Below the pieces are notes generated by a model. That model was not told the DNA's origin and did no database searches. It saw only the letters and a list, made by a program, of their open reading frames with translations. DNA of 61,068 nucleotides, counting the filler. It is 11 parts of 11 records of this genome, joined end to end, with 100 filler letters (N's around TTAATTAATTAA, not from the genome) between each part and the next. Parts side by side here need not be neighbours in the genome. Positions count along the whole stretch, not along the records: positions 1 to 3,239 come from SRR7504441_15899; positions 3,340 to 11,064 come from SRR7504441_15902; 9 more parts are not named here. One strand, given 5' to 3'. The position numbers and the translations under genes are program-made. This document shows positions 1 through 10,600 of the stretch, one piece after another; position 1 is the first letter of the stretch, and every line of letters starts with the position of its first letter.

Positions 1-1704
1 GCTGCCAGAGTGAAGGCAGCTGAGGTGGAGGAGGCTGCAAGAGTAAAGGCAGCTGAGGATGAAGCTACTAGGAGGGCGGAGGCCGAGAAGAAGGCAACCG
101 AGGAGGCTGATGCTGGAGAACCAGCTAGGGAAGAAATGCCGCGGAGATCTTCGCGGAAACCGATTGTCAGCGGCGACTTTGTTCGCTGTGTCGAGAAAGG
201 CAGCTTTGTCGAAGTATTCTTTCCGGATGGCGGCCTTTCCGGATGGGCTGCCGAATGGTACCCAGCGCAGGTAACAAGCAAGGAAGAATACGAACTTGAT
301 TCCTCGGCCAGAGTAGAGCTATTGTATTTGCACGAGGACCCGGAGAGCCAAGACTGGTACCCGGACCGCTCAGAGGGTAAACTGACAGACGACACTCTAA
401 TCTGCGAAAATTATGGGAAACGTGAGTGGCGGATCATCACTAGGACAAACAAACTCGATTGGTGCAAATGCAGAGCCGAGAAGGCAGCTGTGGCACTTGC
501 TAATATGGTAACTGAAAGCGATGAGGATGAGGAGGAACAGGAGGATCACGAAGAGGACCAGGTGCATGGAGAGGACGAGGCTGCTGCACCCAGTAGCAAC
601 CCCAAACCTCGGCGTGGAAATTTCAATGTCACTGACAAACTGGATGCCATCTTTGAGCTGAGCCATGGTCGTACAAAGGTAGAATGTAGCAGCTGTGGGG
701 AAATACGTTGCTGGGACCTTCTAGTAGGAGACCACATGGTGCCTCAGAATAAAAAAACTCACAATGGGCCAAGTGAATTATGCAACCTTGATCCAATCTG
801 CGGAAAGTGCAATAGAAAGAAGGCAGACACTACTACTTGGAAGCACATGGAGGGTCGACCCGAACAGTATGGTAAACCGCGCATCAGGGTCATGTATCTG
901 AAGAAATTTCGTAGCATGCAGAAGGAGCACAAGGAGCACAAGATCTTTGGTGAAGGTGAGCGATCCATTTTCGCAAGTCACGAAGGTGAGCCGTTCAAGG
1001 ACGCTATTGAAGGACAGATTCGGGGGTTGGAAAAAGGAATCGCAGACCTGAAACGTCAGACGCGAGCAAGGCTGACCAGTGAAGATACAAGCGAGGCGAA
1101 ATCGTGGTGGAGCGACGCAGATCCTAGGGCAGAACAGTGGTGTGATCTCGCAGAACTGGCCACCTTAGAGTGGGAGGATTCCCGGCAGCACGTGCGAGTG
1201 GGTGAGGATGAATTTACTCCACAAGGCTGCTTCATGAAAGCTCTTGAGCTTGATGCAACCGGAATTCGAGACCGAGTGAAGAAATCGCTGTCCGAGCAGC
1301 AGCTTCAGGAGCTCTATGACAAGATCAATGAGAAGAAGGCACTCGAAGCCGAAGCAGAGCGTGCTGCAGCACTGAAACAGGAGGCTTCTCTCAGGGAGGA
1401 ATTGCAGCTTCTCAAACAGGAATTGCTCAAATGCGAAACTTCAAACAAGAAGCTGGTGGAAGAGAATCAACGGCTTTGCAAGGAAGTGAAGGAGGTGATA
1501 AGAGACAAGGAAAAAATTGCAAGGGACAAGAAAAAAGTTGTTAAAGTCAAGGAAAAGCTCAGAAAAGAGGTCAGCCAACTGGCCGACAACCAGAATTATT
1601 TAGTCGACCAATTGGCGAAATCAGCTCAGGCTACATCACAGCCAGCTGGTAGCCAAGGCGTTAGCAGCAGTCAAGGAAGCCAAGGTGAAGCAGCTGCAGC
1701 TTAA
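1..1704 (+). CDS. 5'-partial protein: Tudor/Agenet-like domain + HNH endonuclease + TPR-like repeat + coiled coil
   Basis: Frame open from base 1, no intron needed. GSFVEVFF...EWYPAQV is Tudor-like; CSSC...GDHMVP...G...CNLDPICGKCNRKK is a Zn-binding HNH motif; the C-terminus is a heptad coiled coil. Confidence 0.7.
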   Translation, partial: AARVKAAEVEEAARVKAAEDEATRRAEAEKKATEEADAGEPAREEMPRRSSRKPIVSGDFVRCVEKGSFVEVFFPDGGLSGWAAEWYPAQVTSKEEYELDSSARVELLYLHEDPESQDWYPDRSEGKLTDDTLICENYGKREWRIITRTNKLDWCKCRAEKAAVALANMVTESDEDEEEQEDHEEDQVHGEDEAAAPSSNPKPRRGNFNVTDKLDAIFELSHGRTKVECSSCGEIRCWDLLVGDHMVPQNKKTHNGPSELCNLDPICGKCNRKKADTTTWKHMEGRPEQYGKPRIRVMYLKKFRSMQKEHKEHKIFGEGERSIFASHEGEPFKDAIEGQIRGLEKGIADLKRQTRARLTSEDTSEAKSWWSDADPRAEQWCDLAELATLEWEDSRQHVRVGEDEFTPQGCFMKALELDATGIRDRVKKSLSEQQLQELYDKINEKKALEAEAERAAALKQEASLREELQLLKQELLKCETSNKKLVEENQRLCKEVKEVIRDKEKIARDKKKVVKVKEKLRKEVSQLADNQNYLVDQLAKSAQATSQPAGSQGVSSSQGSQGEAAAA

Positions 1705-2167
1705 AAGGGCTTCCCTCATGATCATGATGAAGAAAATAATGGCCATAGAAGTACGGTACTTAAGAATGCTTTTTATACATGTATAGCTTCAACTAGTGAA
1801 GCATATGCATAACGGTACTGTTCACGTATTGATTATTATGACATTTTTAGACATTGTACAATACTAAGCTTCGAGGACAGTGATTGCCTCGTCATCATTC
1901 TACGTTGGCCTCCATGCGGGAGCATTTAGCGCGCATTGAAGCCACTCGGCCCCGAAACGACAAGTCGGCACGTCGGACGTCGGCATGCGCGATACTGCCT
2001 GTGCAACCAGCTGAGGGTCCAGCCGCGAGTGCAGGATTGAGGCTTTGGATCAATTGACTGGCCGACGAGGCGGCAACCGAGCAATCGAGCAATCACGAAT
2101 ACAATTATTAATGCCGCTGAATCGCCGTTGGAAACGCCGCCAACTCGTGTATACATGTACCCGCTGA

Positions 2168-3239
2168 CTAGTTGAAACCACCTGAGATAAATCCGACGAT
2201 CATAGCGTGCGCCCGCAAGCCTTGATCCATCGGCACCATGTGCCCAGCGCCCACCACCACAACCTGAGTCAGATTGTTGTGGCTCCTCACATATCCCGCC
2301 ACCTCGCCGTTAGGATCACCAGCTATCCGCCACACGCGCCTCTTAGAAGAGAGGAAAGCACTAATCGGTGGCCACTGTGGGGCGAGCAGCGGCAGCCAAG
2401 CCTCTGTGGCCGCCACTCCGTCCCGCAGGTCCATGTGGCCTTGGTACAGGAGCACTCTCAGCCCTCGGGCGAGCAGCGGTGGGATCAGCTGGTGGTAGGG
2501 CTTCATGATGTCTGATTCCAAATTCCGCTGCACCTCCTTGCACCCATGAGCGCAGTACGCCGGGACATCCGATGGAGCGCGCAGCATGGCCCTGCAGCAC
2601 AGTCAGCACAGTCGGGGCCGGTCAGCAGCGGGGTCACCGCGTCGAGTTCAGATTCATGAATTGTTCTATGAAGCTCCAATCATAATCGTGGTACACTCTG
2701 ACGTCCTCATTATTGGCCCCGCCAGTCGCGTTGGCCAGGTATCCTTGGAACTCATCCCTCGCAGCCGTCGCATTGGCCCACGCACCACGCCTCGCCAAGT
2801 CCACACACACCTGCTCCAGTGTCCTTGCGTGTGCCCTCTGAGCTGAGTCAATCAGGCCGAGACTAAAGTACGAATCGCCCATTGTAAGCGCCATTGACTG
2901 CGGCTCTGTCAGCCCGTTCCCTATCGCCACACCCTTGAAGCGGAACTGCTCCACCAGCCCCTGCGCCAGGATGCCCAGCGTGGCGATCGCCGGAATGTAC
3001 TTACCTGCGTAGCTCTCCCCAGTGAGCCACAGCGGGCTGCTGTGCGCCTCCAGCTCCGGGTGCTGCCCGAAGAAACCTCTGAGGAAGGCCACAAACTCGC
3101 TGGCAACCTGCTGCTGCGACCGAGCGTACCCGGCCCGTGATCTAGTGAACGAGAAGCCGGTCCCCGCCGGCTGATCGACCACCAGCAGGTTGCAGCTCGA
3201 GCTCCAGGCACCACGGGTCCGTGGGACTAGCCGACTGCC
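2168..3239 (-). CDS. Serine carboxypeptidase, peptidase S10 (5'-partial)
   Basis: Motifs VDQPAGTGFS, TGESYAGKYIP, GVAIGNG, YQGHMDL, GAGHMVP; a GT-AG intron at 2592-2637 joins the two ORFs. Confidence 0.93.
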
Positions 3240-3339
3240 NNNNNNNNNNNNNNNNNNNNNNNNNNNNNNNNNNNNNNNNNNNNTTAATTAATTAANNNNN
3301 NNNNNNNNNNNNNNNNNNNNNNNNNNNNNNNNNNNNNNN
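3240..3339. other. Artificial contig linker (N-run + TTAATTAATTAA + N-run)
   Basis: The same spacer recurs at about 11065-11163, 15123-15222, 20341-20440, 28573-28672, 33902-34001, 37276-37375, 45795-45894, 49696-49794 and 55929-56028; genes are truncated at these points. Confidence 0.97.
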
Positions 3340-3404
3340 ATCAGTAACACCGGTCGGTTCAAGACATAAATTCAATAATCACCGATTTTAAATAATAATG
3401 TAAG

Positions 3405-5734
3405 ATGGCCCGGGAGGCCGATCTCTATCGAGAGCGGGCCTCTCAGCTGGAGGAGACCCTGATGCTCTCGATCTGCAGCAGCCCGCCCGCTGTCCAGCGC
3501 AGCCCGAGGGACTACGAGCTCGAGTCGCTCCGCCGGTTTAAGCAGCACGCCCAGGCCGAGTTGCAGCAGGCGCGCCAGGCGGTCCGCCGTGCCGGCCCGG
3601 GGCGCCGCCAGCGGGCTGCAGGTGGCCGCGGCCAACGAGGTGCAGCTCGAGCGCCAGGGGCTGCTAGATCAGCTGTCGGTACGGCTGCCGGCCGAGCTGG
3701 TAGGAGCCGAGGCAGGCGACGGGCCGGCGGGTGGACAAGCAGGCAGCTGAGCTGGAGCGCTGGCGGCTAAAGGGAGCTGAGCTGCAGCAGGAGGCCGACG
3801 AAGCCACGGCTGCCGCGGAGGTGCCGGGTCTGTCCGGCCGGTGCGAGCCGGGGCAGCTGGCGGGGCGAGCGGGGATGGAGCAATACGAGCAGAGCAAGGC
3901 GGCGCTGCTGGAGGCCAAGAAAGAGCAGCGGAAGGCTGAGCGGCGGGCGGAGGAGCTGCAGGCGGCCATGCACGGGGCGGTCGAGGCCGAGGCGATCCGG
4001 CACGACGCGCTGGCGGCCAAGCTGCAGGCTCGGCTCGACCGCGAGGTGCCAGAGCGATCGCGCGACTGATGGGCTGCAGGCTGGCGAGCTGGCCAGGCAG
4101 CGAGGCGAGGCGGCGGCGGCCGGGCGGACGATCGAGGCGGGCGAGTTTAAGCGAGCTGAGCTTGAGAGTCAGCGGGAGGCCAGTGTGGCGGAGGCGGCTG
4201 CGGCTGCGGAACGGGCAGAAGAACTCGGCAAAGAGTTGGCTACCGCACAGGCCGAGGCTGACTCGCACAAGGGGCGGGCGGATGTGGCCGAGAGCGATCT
4301 GAGTGAGGCCCGGGCGGCACTTGCGGAGTCGGAGGCGGCGCTGGAGGCATTGAGAGGGCAGTTGGCGTTAGTACAGGAGAGTTCGGAAGCGCAGCTAGTG
4401 CGACAGCTGGCTCAGATGCAGCAGCAGACCGAGCGGCTGACCGCTCAGCACTCGAGCGATCTGCGCGGGCTACAGGTGATGTAGCCTGCGCAGATAGGCC
4501 TGCTGCTGCATCTGGCCCGGCCACGTGCCAGCCGTCGGCTGGCTCACGCTTGAGGGCCAGGTGAAGAACAAGGCGCTGAACAAGCAGAAGGAGCAGCTCG
4601 ATGCTGAGCTCCAGGCGATCGACGCGCACCGGAAGAACAAGCAGAAGTACGACCGCGAAATGGTCGGGCTACCTTGTGCCAGGCTGAGCAGTCGGCAGGC
4701 TAAGATGCGCTCAGCCGCACTTGGACAGGGCAGTGTGAGATGTGGCGAGAAGGAGATACAGCAGGCAGCAGCCCAGGTAGCAGCCGAGAACAAGGCGCTC
4801 AATGCCCGGCTGGCCGAGGTGGAGGCCGAGCTTCAGGCTGCCAGCGGGGCGGCGGCAGCGCTGGAGGTGGCAAAGCGACAGCTCGAAGAGGTCGGCGACG
4901 CCGGGCGGGTGATTGAGCAGCTGACGATGGACAAGCGCAATCTCGAGTGCCGGCTTGAGGAGGCCAGAGCGCAGCTGGTGCCGGTGGACTCCCTCGAGCG
5001 CCGGATGGCGCAGCTGACTGCGGAGAATCAACGTATCCGCACAGCGCTTGAGTTACAGCAAGAGCAGCTCGAGCAGGCTGCCAGCTTCAAGGACCAGGCC
5101 GAGCTAGAGATGACTCGGCTGGCCGCGGAGTGCGCTGCCAGACTCTAACCGCTGACCGACGGTTCAGGCGGGAGCAAGCGGCGCAGGAGGCCGAGCGGTG
5201 GAAGCGGCGGAGTGAGCGGCCTCGTCGGGCGAGCCAGCCTGGACTCAAAGAGTCGTTCGTGAGGCAGATGTTCGGGGCGGACAAGCTGGCGCGGCTGCTC
5301 TGTGTGCAGCCTCGGGTCCGCGGGGCCTGGCAGCGCTGGTCGCTCGAAGCGGCGCGGCTGTTGGCGGAGCGGATGCGCCGGGCCAAGCAGGAAGCGCAGT
5401 ACGAGGCTCAGGTCAGCGCTCTGTTAGCAGCCGGGTGAGGAGTGTGTGCCAGCGGCTGACGGAGGAGCTAGAGCTGCGCCGGCGACTGGATCAAGGGCCG
5501 AGCGAGCAACCGAATGCGGGACTGCTGCTGCGGCAGCTGAGCGGCCCAGGGGAGGCGCAGGATGGTGAGTTGGAGGGCAAGGTGAGGTCGGTGGCCGAGC
5601 TCGCGCGGTCGTCGAGCGAATCCTACGTGGAGATAATGGAGATGGCGGGGGATGTGCAGGCGATCCTGTACGATTTAAACCAGCGGCCGGCGCTGGACGA
5701 GAAAGCTATGGCCGAACTCGACTCATTGATATAA
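3405..5734 (+). CDS. Multi-exon long coiled-coil protein
   Basis: E/Q/A/R-rich ORF pieces join in frame through GT-AG introns, e.g. 3582-3621, 3679-3715, 3821-3856, 4046-4079. Confidence 0.7.
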
Positions 5735-5781
5735 AGCCATAGTAAAAGCCATAGCCTAATACTCATTGATTTAATTGCGCT

Positions 5782-6075
5782 CTAGCCCGGATGCGCAGCG
5801 TCGGCGCGGTCGTCTTCCCTATTGATGCAGCTGTCCCCCTCATTAGCCGGCCGGCCGTCAGCGCGCGCCCACCGGGCCAACTCGTCCCAGTCGGCGGCGC
5901 ACGGGGCCACCTGGCCGCGGCTGGCCTGCATGCACGCCTGCCCGCCGCTGGTGCCGCCCGCCGCCCGGCTCACCTTGACCCGCTCGAACGCCGCCGCGCA
6001 CCCCGCCGCCGCCACAGCCCGGGCGGCCGCGTGCTCCTCGGCCCGGGCCTTGTCGCACGCGTCACACTTGCCCAT
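5782..6075 (-). CDS. Twin Cx9C (CHCH) protein, COA4/Cmc-like, likely mitochondrial intermembrane space
   Basis: Removing introns 5938-5973 and 5831-5872 gives CAAAFERVKAC-x10-CAADWDELARC, an exact twin Cx9C motif. Confidence 0.75.
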   Translation of the reverse strand: MGKCDACDKARAEEHAAARAVAAAGCAAAFERVKVSRAAGGTSGGQACMQASRGQVAPCAADWDELARWARADGRPANEGDSCINREDDRADAAHPG

Positions 6076-6160
6076 GCTCGCCGGCGCGACCAGCCACCTC
6101 GAGACCTGCGACCGTTTTCCGTTATAAAATCCACCTGCTCCGGGAAGCCTTCGCGTCTCC

Positions 6161-6493
6161 ATGTCGATGCACCAGATCGAGGAGCGGCTCGGGGGCCTGG
6201 AGCTGCGCCTTTACGGGGCACAGGTGCAGGAGGCACGGGCGCGGACCGGGCTGGTGCACAGGCTGGGCCTGCTAGAGATGCAGCTGCTGGGCAAGGGCTT
6301 CAACGGCCCGCTGGTCGACCGGCTGCACCGGCTAGAGGCCGCCACTGCGCCGGCCCAGCCAGAGCCACCGCTGTCGCCGCTGCTCTCGCCCGCCGGCTCC
6401 CCCGGCGCAGGCGAGCTGCCTCCGCTGTCTCCAGCGCAGAGGATCCTGAAGCACAGACAAGGGGTGGGGCTGAGCTGCTCGCCGGAGAGATAG
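6161..6493 (+). CDS. Small hypothetical protein (may have a further 3' exon)
   Basis: ATG-initiated ORF with helical RL..LE repeats, divergent from the Cx9C gene. Confidence 0.5.
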   Translation: MSMHQIEERLGGLELRLYGAQVQEARARTGLVHRLGLLEMQLLGKGFNGPLVDRLHRLEAATAPAQPEPPLSPLLSPAGSPGAGELPPLSPAQRILKHRQGVGLSCSPER

Positions 6494-6784
6494 GAGCAAC
6501 AGCCGCGCCAGCAGTGGTCAGGCAGGGCGGCAGAAGGCAGACATAATTTGATATTAATATTACGTAATGATTCGAGAGATCCAGACGATACATAACCGAG
6601 GCTGAATTGAGGCGACATTTAAGTACGAGTAGCCACTGATTACATAACTAGGTAACAAGGTATAGAACTAACTACAATAAAGCTCAGAATAGGTCGAAAC
6701 ACAAACAGCACGACGCAACGATCCTCATTGCAAACTAGTAAATCATGCACCCCGACTATAATCTTGAAATTCATACTAAAGTTA

Positions 6785-9295
6785 CTAAAGCAAGGATGGC
6801 TCGTTACAATGATAAAATTGCGGTTCGGCCGGGACAGGGGACTGAAAGATCTCCAGGTGATAGGAGGAGCACATGGCAGGGTCATCAAGTCTCCAACTCA
6901 ATCCGGCGGCTGTCGACGCATTCTGGACCCACTGCAGCTCGGTGCTGTGCTTATTTTTGTAGCCCACAATCTTGCTGGGGTCGGCATCATGTTGCCACGG
7001 CAGCGTCACCCTGAGCAAGGCACCTGCTCCCCCACGGCCGAGATTGTCGATCTGGAATATCTGGCCTGGTATAAGGACGGTGACAGACAGCGACAAGGGC
7101 TGACTGGATTCTATCGTCAGGTTGAAAGCCGGAAGCTCGAGGTACGTGCCTTGTAGCAGGTGCACGACGGACCAGTCCGATTCGTGCCCAGGTTGTGCAG
7201 GATAATAAAGTACCGCTGCAGTGCCTTTCAGGAGAGTGCCGCCTGCGCCTCGCGTGCTAGTGCTGCCAAGTATCACCGTTGCAGCTGTTCTCCCGATAAT
7301 AAGACGAGGAATGATCTGTGATGAAGAGCCTACGTCCTCCACAGTGAGGTTAGCCTGCGATTCGGAGGAGTTTGCCACCGAGAGTATGCTAACAATCCCT
7401 TCTTCCACAGCGGCCTCACGGATTTGCACCCAGGTCGCGGTCCGATTTGTCATTGGCTGAGCAACCCCATCCTGTTCCAGCTGCCACGTGGTTGGTTGAG
7501 GGTCGCTGCGAAGCTTGGATCCGTCGTCACTAAAGGACAGCTGTCCGTCTCCGAAGGTGATCAGCTTGGCGCGGACCCCTTCCAGCCCGAGGCAGCTGAG
7601 CTCGCTCACTGTGCGATTGTTGGGGAAGCTGCGCGAGTAGTTGCAGGCTGATGCATTCGACGACGATCCATTGGTCAAGAGGTGCACATGTGCAGTGAGC
7701 TCAGCAGCAGCGCCGGTGGTTTGATCCCAAATGAGCATGGGGGCCGCAACCTCCGCAGGCACCTTGAGCCACAAATACCGCCGGTAGTGCCGAGTTGAAC
7801 TACCGGTCCTGTCGCCATGTGCAAAGGAAAGATCAACTTCCACAAAATCAAGCGTCGCGCTGAATGCCCACTGCAACAGTACGCCATCGCCGCTCTGGTA
7901 CACTCCCAGATCCTGAAAGGTTGCCGTGTTGTGTGCGTGATTGTGTGTGTAGTAATCCATCCAAGCTGTACCGTACTCTGATCCCGCACCAGGGTCCAGA
8001 GATATTGGGATGCCCCAGCTGAAATGTGAAAAAGAGCCACGGTCCGCGTGCTCGTGCTCCCAGCACTGACGCTTGGTTGAGACGCTGAGCAGCCACCAAG
8101 CGTCGCGCACTGGATCGGCGGCATCGCGAAGCATGATATAGCCCGACGGGTGCACTGTAGATTGGATGGGATCCGTATTGCGAGAGGGGATGCTTAGATC
8201 AATAGAAACCCAAGGCATGAAGAAGTTCTGGCCACTGGCCATCTCCGAGCCGTATGGCGAACAGGCATCAGTCCAGGCGGCCATCAGCCGTTGTGCCAGC
8301 CAAGGCGAGGCTTCCTTGTAAGCGCTAGCCGCCCACGCGAGAGGTGTGATCCAGATATTGTCCCAATTGGCGTCATTCACCCCCGGGGATAGCGCGCACC
8401 CGCCCGGGCGCACCGTGCGGTCCTTAGGGGTCGCTGCACGGGCCATGTAAAGCAGCAGGCGTTGCAGCTCAATGCTAGAGAAGAAATCGAATCCACAACT
8501 CTGTGTGCAGCCGTCGCCTTGCCGGCGTTCAGCTTGCTGGCATGCGAATGCGAACGGCAGCAGCACTCGCAGCTGGTTCCCCTGGTAGCGGGTCCCATCC
8601 GGCCACCCGCCGTCTACAGGCACCACATTTTGCAGCTGCCAGCGCAGCTCGTGCACTGCACGCTGCAGCAGCGCCGCATTCCCTGGCCGCTCCGGAAAGG
8701 TGAGCGCGAACACGCCGACAGCGGCCCACAGGTCCGACACGTGGTTGTCCAACCGAAAGCGTTCGTTCATATAGTCATATGGATTGAAAGAGCGCCCTCG
8801 CTCAAGCAACCGGCCTACGGCCATCCCCAGGGTCTGCTCAACCAGACCCAGCTCCGAAGCGTTGTAGAGACCCGGGGTCGATGCAGTGGCGTCATATACT
8901 AGGCAGATGATCTGTACGTTGCGGCTCACCGACAAGGCCACATCCCAGGCGGCGCTGCCGTTCAGGGTTGGGAGGTCGGAAGCCCAGCTGCGTAGCCAAT
9001 CGTCCACCAGAATAGACTTAGCGTGCCGCGCATAATTTGAGGACTGGATTGGGTCCTGGAGCACCACCGAGCTCAGCGCCGAGGCCTGCATCTCCACCGA
9101 GCTCGGCAGGCTTCTTCGGTCGATAAGCCGCCGGAAATTGGCCAGGATCCTGGCGAAGTATTCGGCGTGCGCCTTAGCCTGCAGGGCGGGCACGTCGTGC
9201 TGAGTGTATATCAGGAACGGCCGGGGGGAGCATTCAGCTGCCCCTGCCGTCACCAGGAGGGAGCACAGGACGGCCCAACCCAGCGCTGATGCCAT
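6785..9295 (-). CDS. Secreted heparinase II/III-like polysaccharide lyase
   Basis: Signal peptide; 836-aa uninterrupted ORF; motifs GGWPDGTRY, SGYIMLR, HEHADRGSF, LDPG, HAHNT. Confidence 0.8.
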   Translation of the reverse strand: MASALGWAVLCSLLVTAGAAECSPRPFLIYTQHDVPALQAKAHAEYFARILANFRRLIDRRSLPSSVEMQASALSSVVLQDPIQSSNYARHAKSILVDDWLRSWASDLPTLNGSAAWDVALSVSRNVQIICLVYDATASTPGLYNASELGLVEQTLGMAVGRLLERGRSFNPYDYMNERFRLDNHVSDLWAAVGVFALTFPERPGNAALLQRAVHELRWQLQNVVPVDGGWPDGTRYQGNQLRVLLPFAFACQQAERRQGDGCTQSCGFDFFSSIELQRLLLYMARAATPKDRTVRPGGCALSPGVNDANWDNIWITPLAWAASAYKEASPWLAQRLMAAWTDACSPYGSEMASGQNFFMPWVSIDLSIPSRNTDPIQSTVHPSGYIMLRDAADPVRDAWWLLSVSTKRQCWEHEHADRGSFSHFSWGIPISLDPGAGSEYGTAWMDYYTHNHAHNTATFQDLGVYQSGDGVLLQWAFSATLDFVEVDLSFAHGDRTGSSTRHYRRYLWLKVPAEVAAPMLIWDQTTGAAAELTAHVHLLTNGSSSNASACNYSRSFPNNRTVSELSCLGLEGVRAKLITFGDGQLSFSDDGSKLRSDPQPTTWQLEQDGVAQPMTNRTATWVQIREAAVEEGIVSILSVANSSESQANLTVEDVGSSSQIIPRLIIGRTAATVILGSTSTRGAGGTLLKGTAAVLYYPAQPGHESDWSVVHLLQGTYLELPAFNLTIESSQPLSLSVTVLIPGQIFQIDNLGRGGAGALLRVTLPWQHDADPSKIVGYKNKHSTELQWVQNASTAAGLSWRLDDPAMCSSYHLEIFQSPVPAEPQFYHCNEPSLL

Positions 9296-9304
9296 GAGAT
9301 TGTG

Positions 9305-9316
9305 CCGTTATAACGG
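9305..9316. promoter_or_regulatory. Palindrome CCGTTATAACGG in a 30-bp divergent spacer
   Basis: Perfect 12-bp palindrome centred between the ATGs at 9295(-) and 9326(+). Regulatory function is inferred. Confidence 0.5.
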
Positions 9317-9325
9317 TCGATTCGA

Positions 9326-10357
9326 ATGTGGGTGGTGCTCGCGCTCACCGTGGCAGCAGCCGTGTCTGGCGCGACACCGTGTGGCCCAAAGAGCCACGCA
9401 TGCTGCAACCCAACGGCCTCACCGCCGCAGCTGTGCCCGGGCGGCATCCCTTGCGAGGCCTGCGGTGGGGCCGATGCATGCGAGTGCCCCGCTCCGGCGC
9501 CTCCTGGCCCGGCACCCTCCACTTCAGACAAGCGGCTGGCCGTGATCAACGGCTGCCACCGTGAACCGCTCTGGATTGCGCACATTGTGAACGGGGCCAG
9601 CGGGCCCGATCCTCAGGACGTCAAGATCGCCCCCGGCCAAACGGCGCACTTCCTCACCGCTCTCAACGGCGCAGGGCTGTCGGCCACGCGCTTCTGGCCG
9701 AAGGTCGGCTGCGACGCCGGGGGGAGTCACTGCACCATTGGCAGCAGCGGTGGCCCGGAGGAGGGCTGCGTCGTGCGAAGGCCCGGGCACCCTGATGACT
9801 ACAGCCGATGCGCGCCCCCAGTGGACTCGAAGTTCGAAGCCACGTTCGCGGCGCCGGGTTCGAGCAGCGCGCACGATGTGCTGGACATGAGCGTGGTCGA
9901 TGGCTACACGCTCCCATTCAAGCTCGAGGTTTCGGGCAGCCAATGCGTCCGTCAGGGGCAACTCTTTGACGGGATGGACTGCTCTGGCCTATCCCTGGGG
10001 CGCTGCCCCGCGGCCGAGATGCTAGACAACCAAACCGTGAGCCTGCACGCCGTCAACCCCCGGACGGGACTCACTGGCGGCTGCTACAGCCCGTGCATGA
10101 AGCTCACCGACGATAAGTGGAACAGGAACGGAACTGCCGTGGCTCCGGACTCGGAAGCAGCGGGTCCATACTGCTGCGCAGGGGCCTGGGGCACGCCGGC
10201 CGCCTGCCACGCTAGCCCTGTGATTCAAACCAAGTATTTGGCGGCGGTCAAGGCAATGTGCCCCGCCGCGTACGGCTACGCATACGACGACAAGACCGCT
10301 ACGATTGCCTGCTCAGCGACGACCGAGTACACGTTGACGTTTTATTGCTCGGCGTAG
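9326..10357 (+). CDS. Secreted thaumatin-like protein with Cys-rich N-terminal module
   Basis: Signal peptide, Pro-rich linker, RFWPKVGC, DMSVVDGYTLP, CPAAYGYAYDD, YTLTFYC. Confidence 0.9.
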   Translation: MWVVLALTVAAAVSGATPCGPKSHACCNPTASPPQLCPGGIPCEACGGADACECPAPAPPGPAPSTSDKRLAVINGCHREPLWIAHIVNGASGPDPQDVKIAPGQTAHFLTALNGAGLSATRFWPKVGCDAGGSHCTIGSSGGPEEGCVVRRPGHPDDYSRCAPPVDSKFEATFAAPGSSSAHDVLDMSVVDGYTLPFKLEVSGSQCVRQGQLFDGMDCSGLSLGRCPAAEMLDNQTVSLHAVNPRTGLTGGCYSPCMKLTDDKWNRNGTAVAPDSEAAGPYCCAGAWGTPAACHASPVIQTKYLAAVKAMCPAAYGYAYDDKTATIACSATTEYTLTFYCSA

Positions 10358-10600
10358 CGAACTCTGTGCACAGGGCAAGTACCTTGCAAGCGACAGCCAA
10401 ATTGATCTGGAATTATGGGTTGAATTCTGTCGATGCGCCGAGTCGCCCGAGTTTTTAAACTTGATAATATGCTTTCAAGAGTGTACACTCCAAAGTGATT
10501 AATTAAACTGAAAACATGATTGCAGTTCTACTGAAAAACATTTATCGTGACAGTTCTTAAGTTAACAGACTTTACTAAGGAGCAACGCCTTTGAAGCGCC

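Noticed and set aside
1895..2156. Short minus-strand ORFs between the HNH gene and the carboxypeptidase
   Set aside because: No recognisable motifs or convincing start context.
3405..5734. Frameshifted pseudogenes or programmed frameshifting in fragmented ORF chains
   Set aside because: The frame changes are explained by short GT-AG or GC-AG introns.
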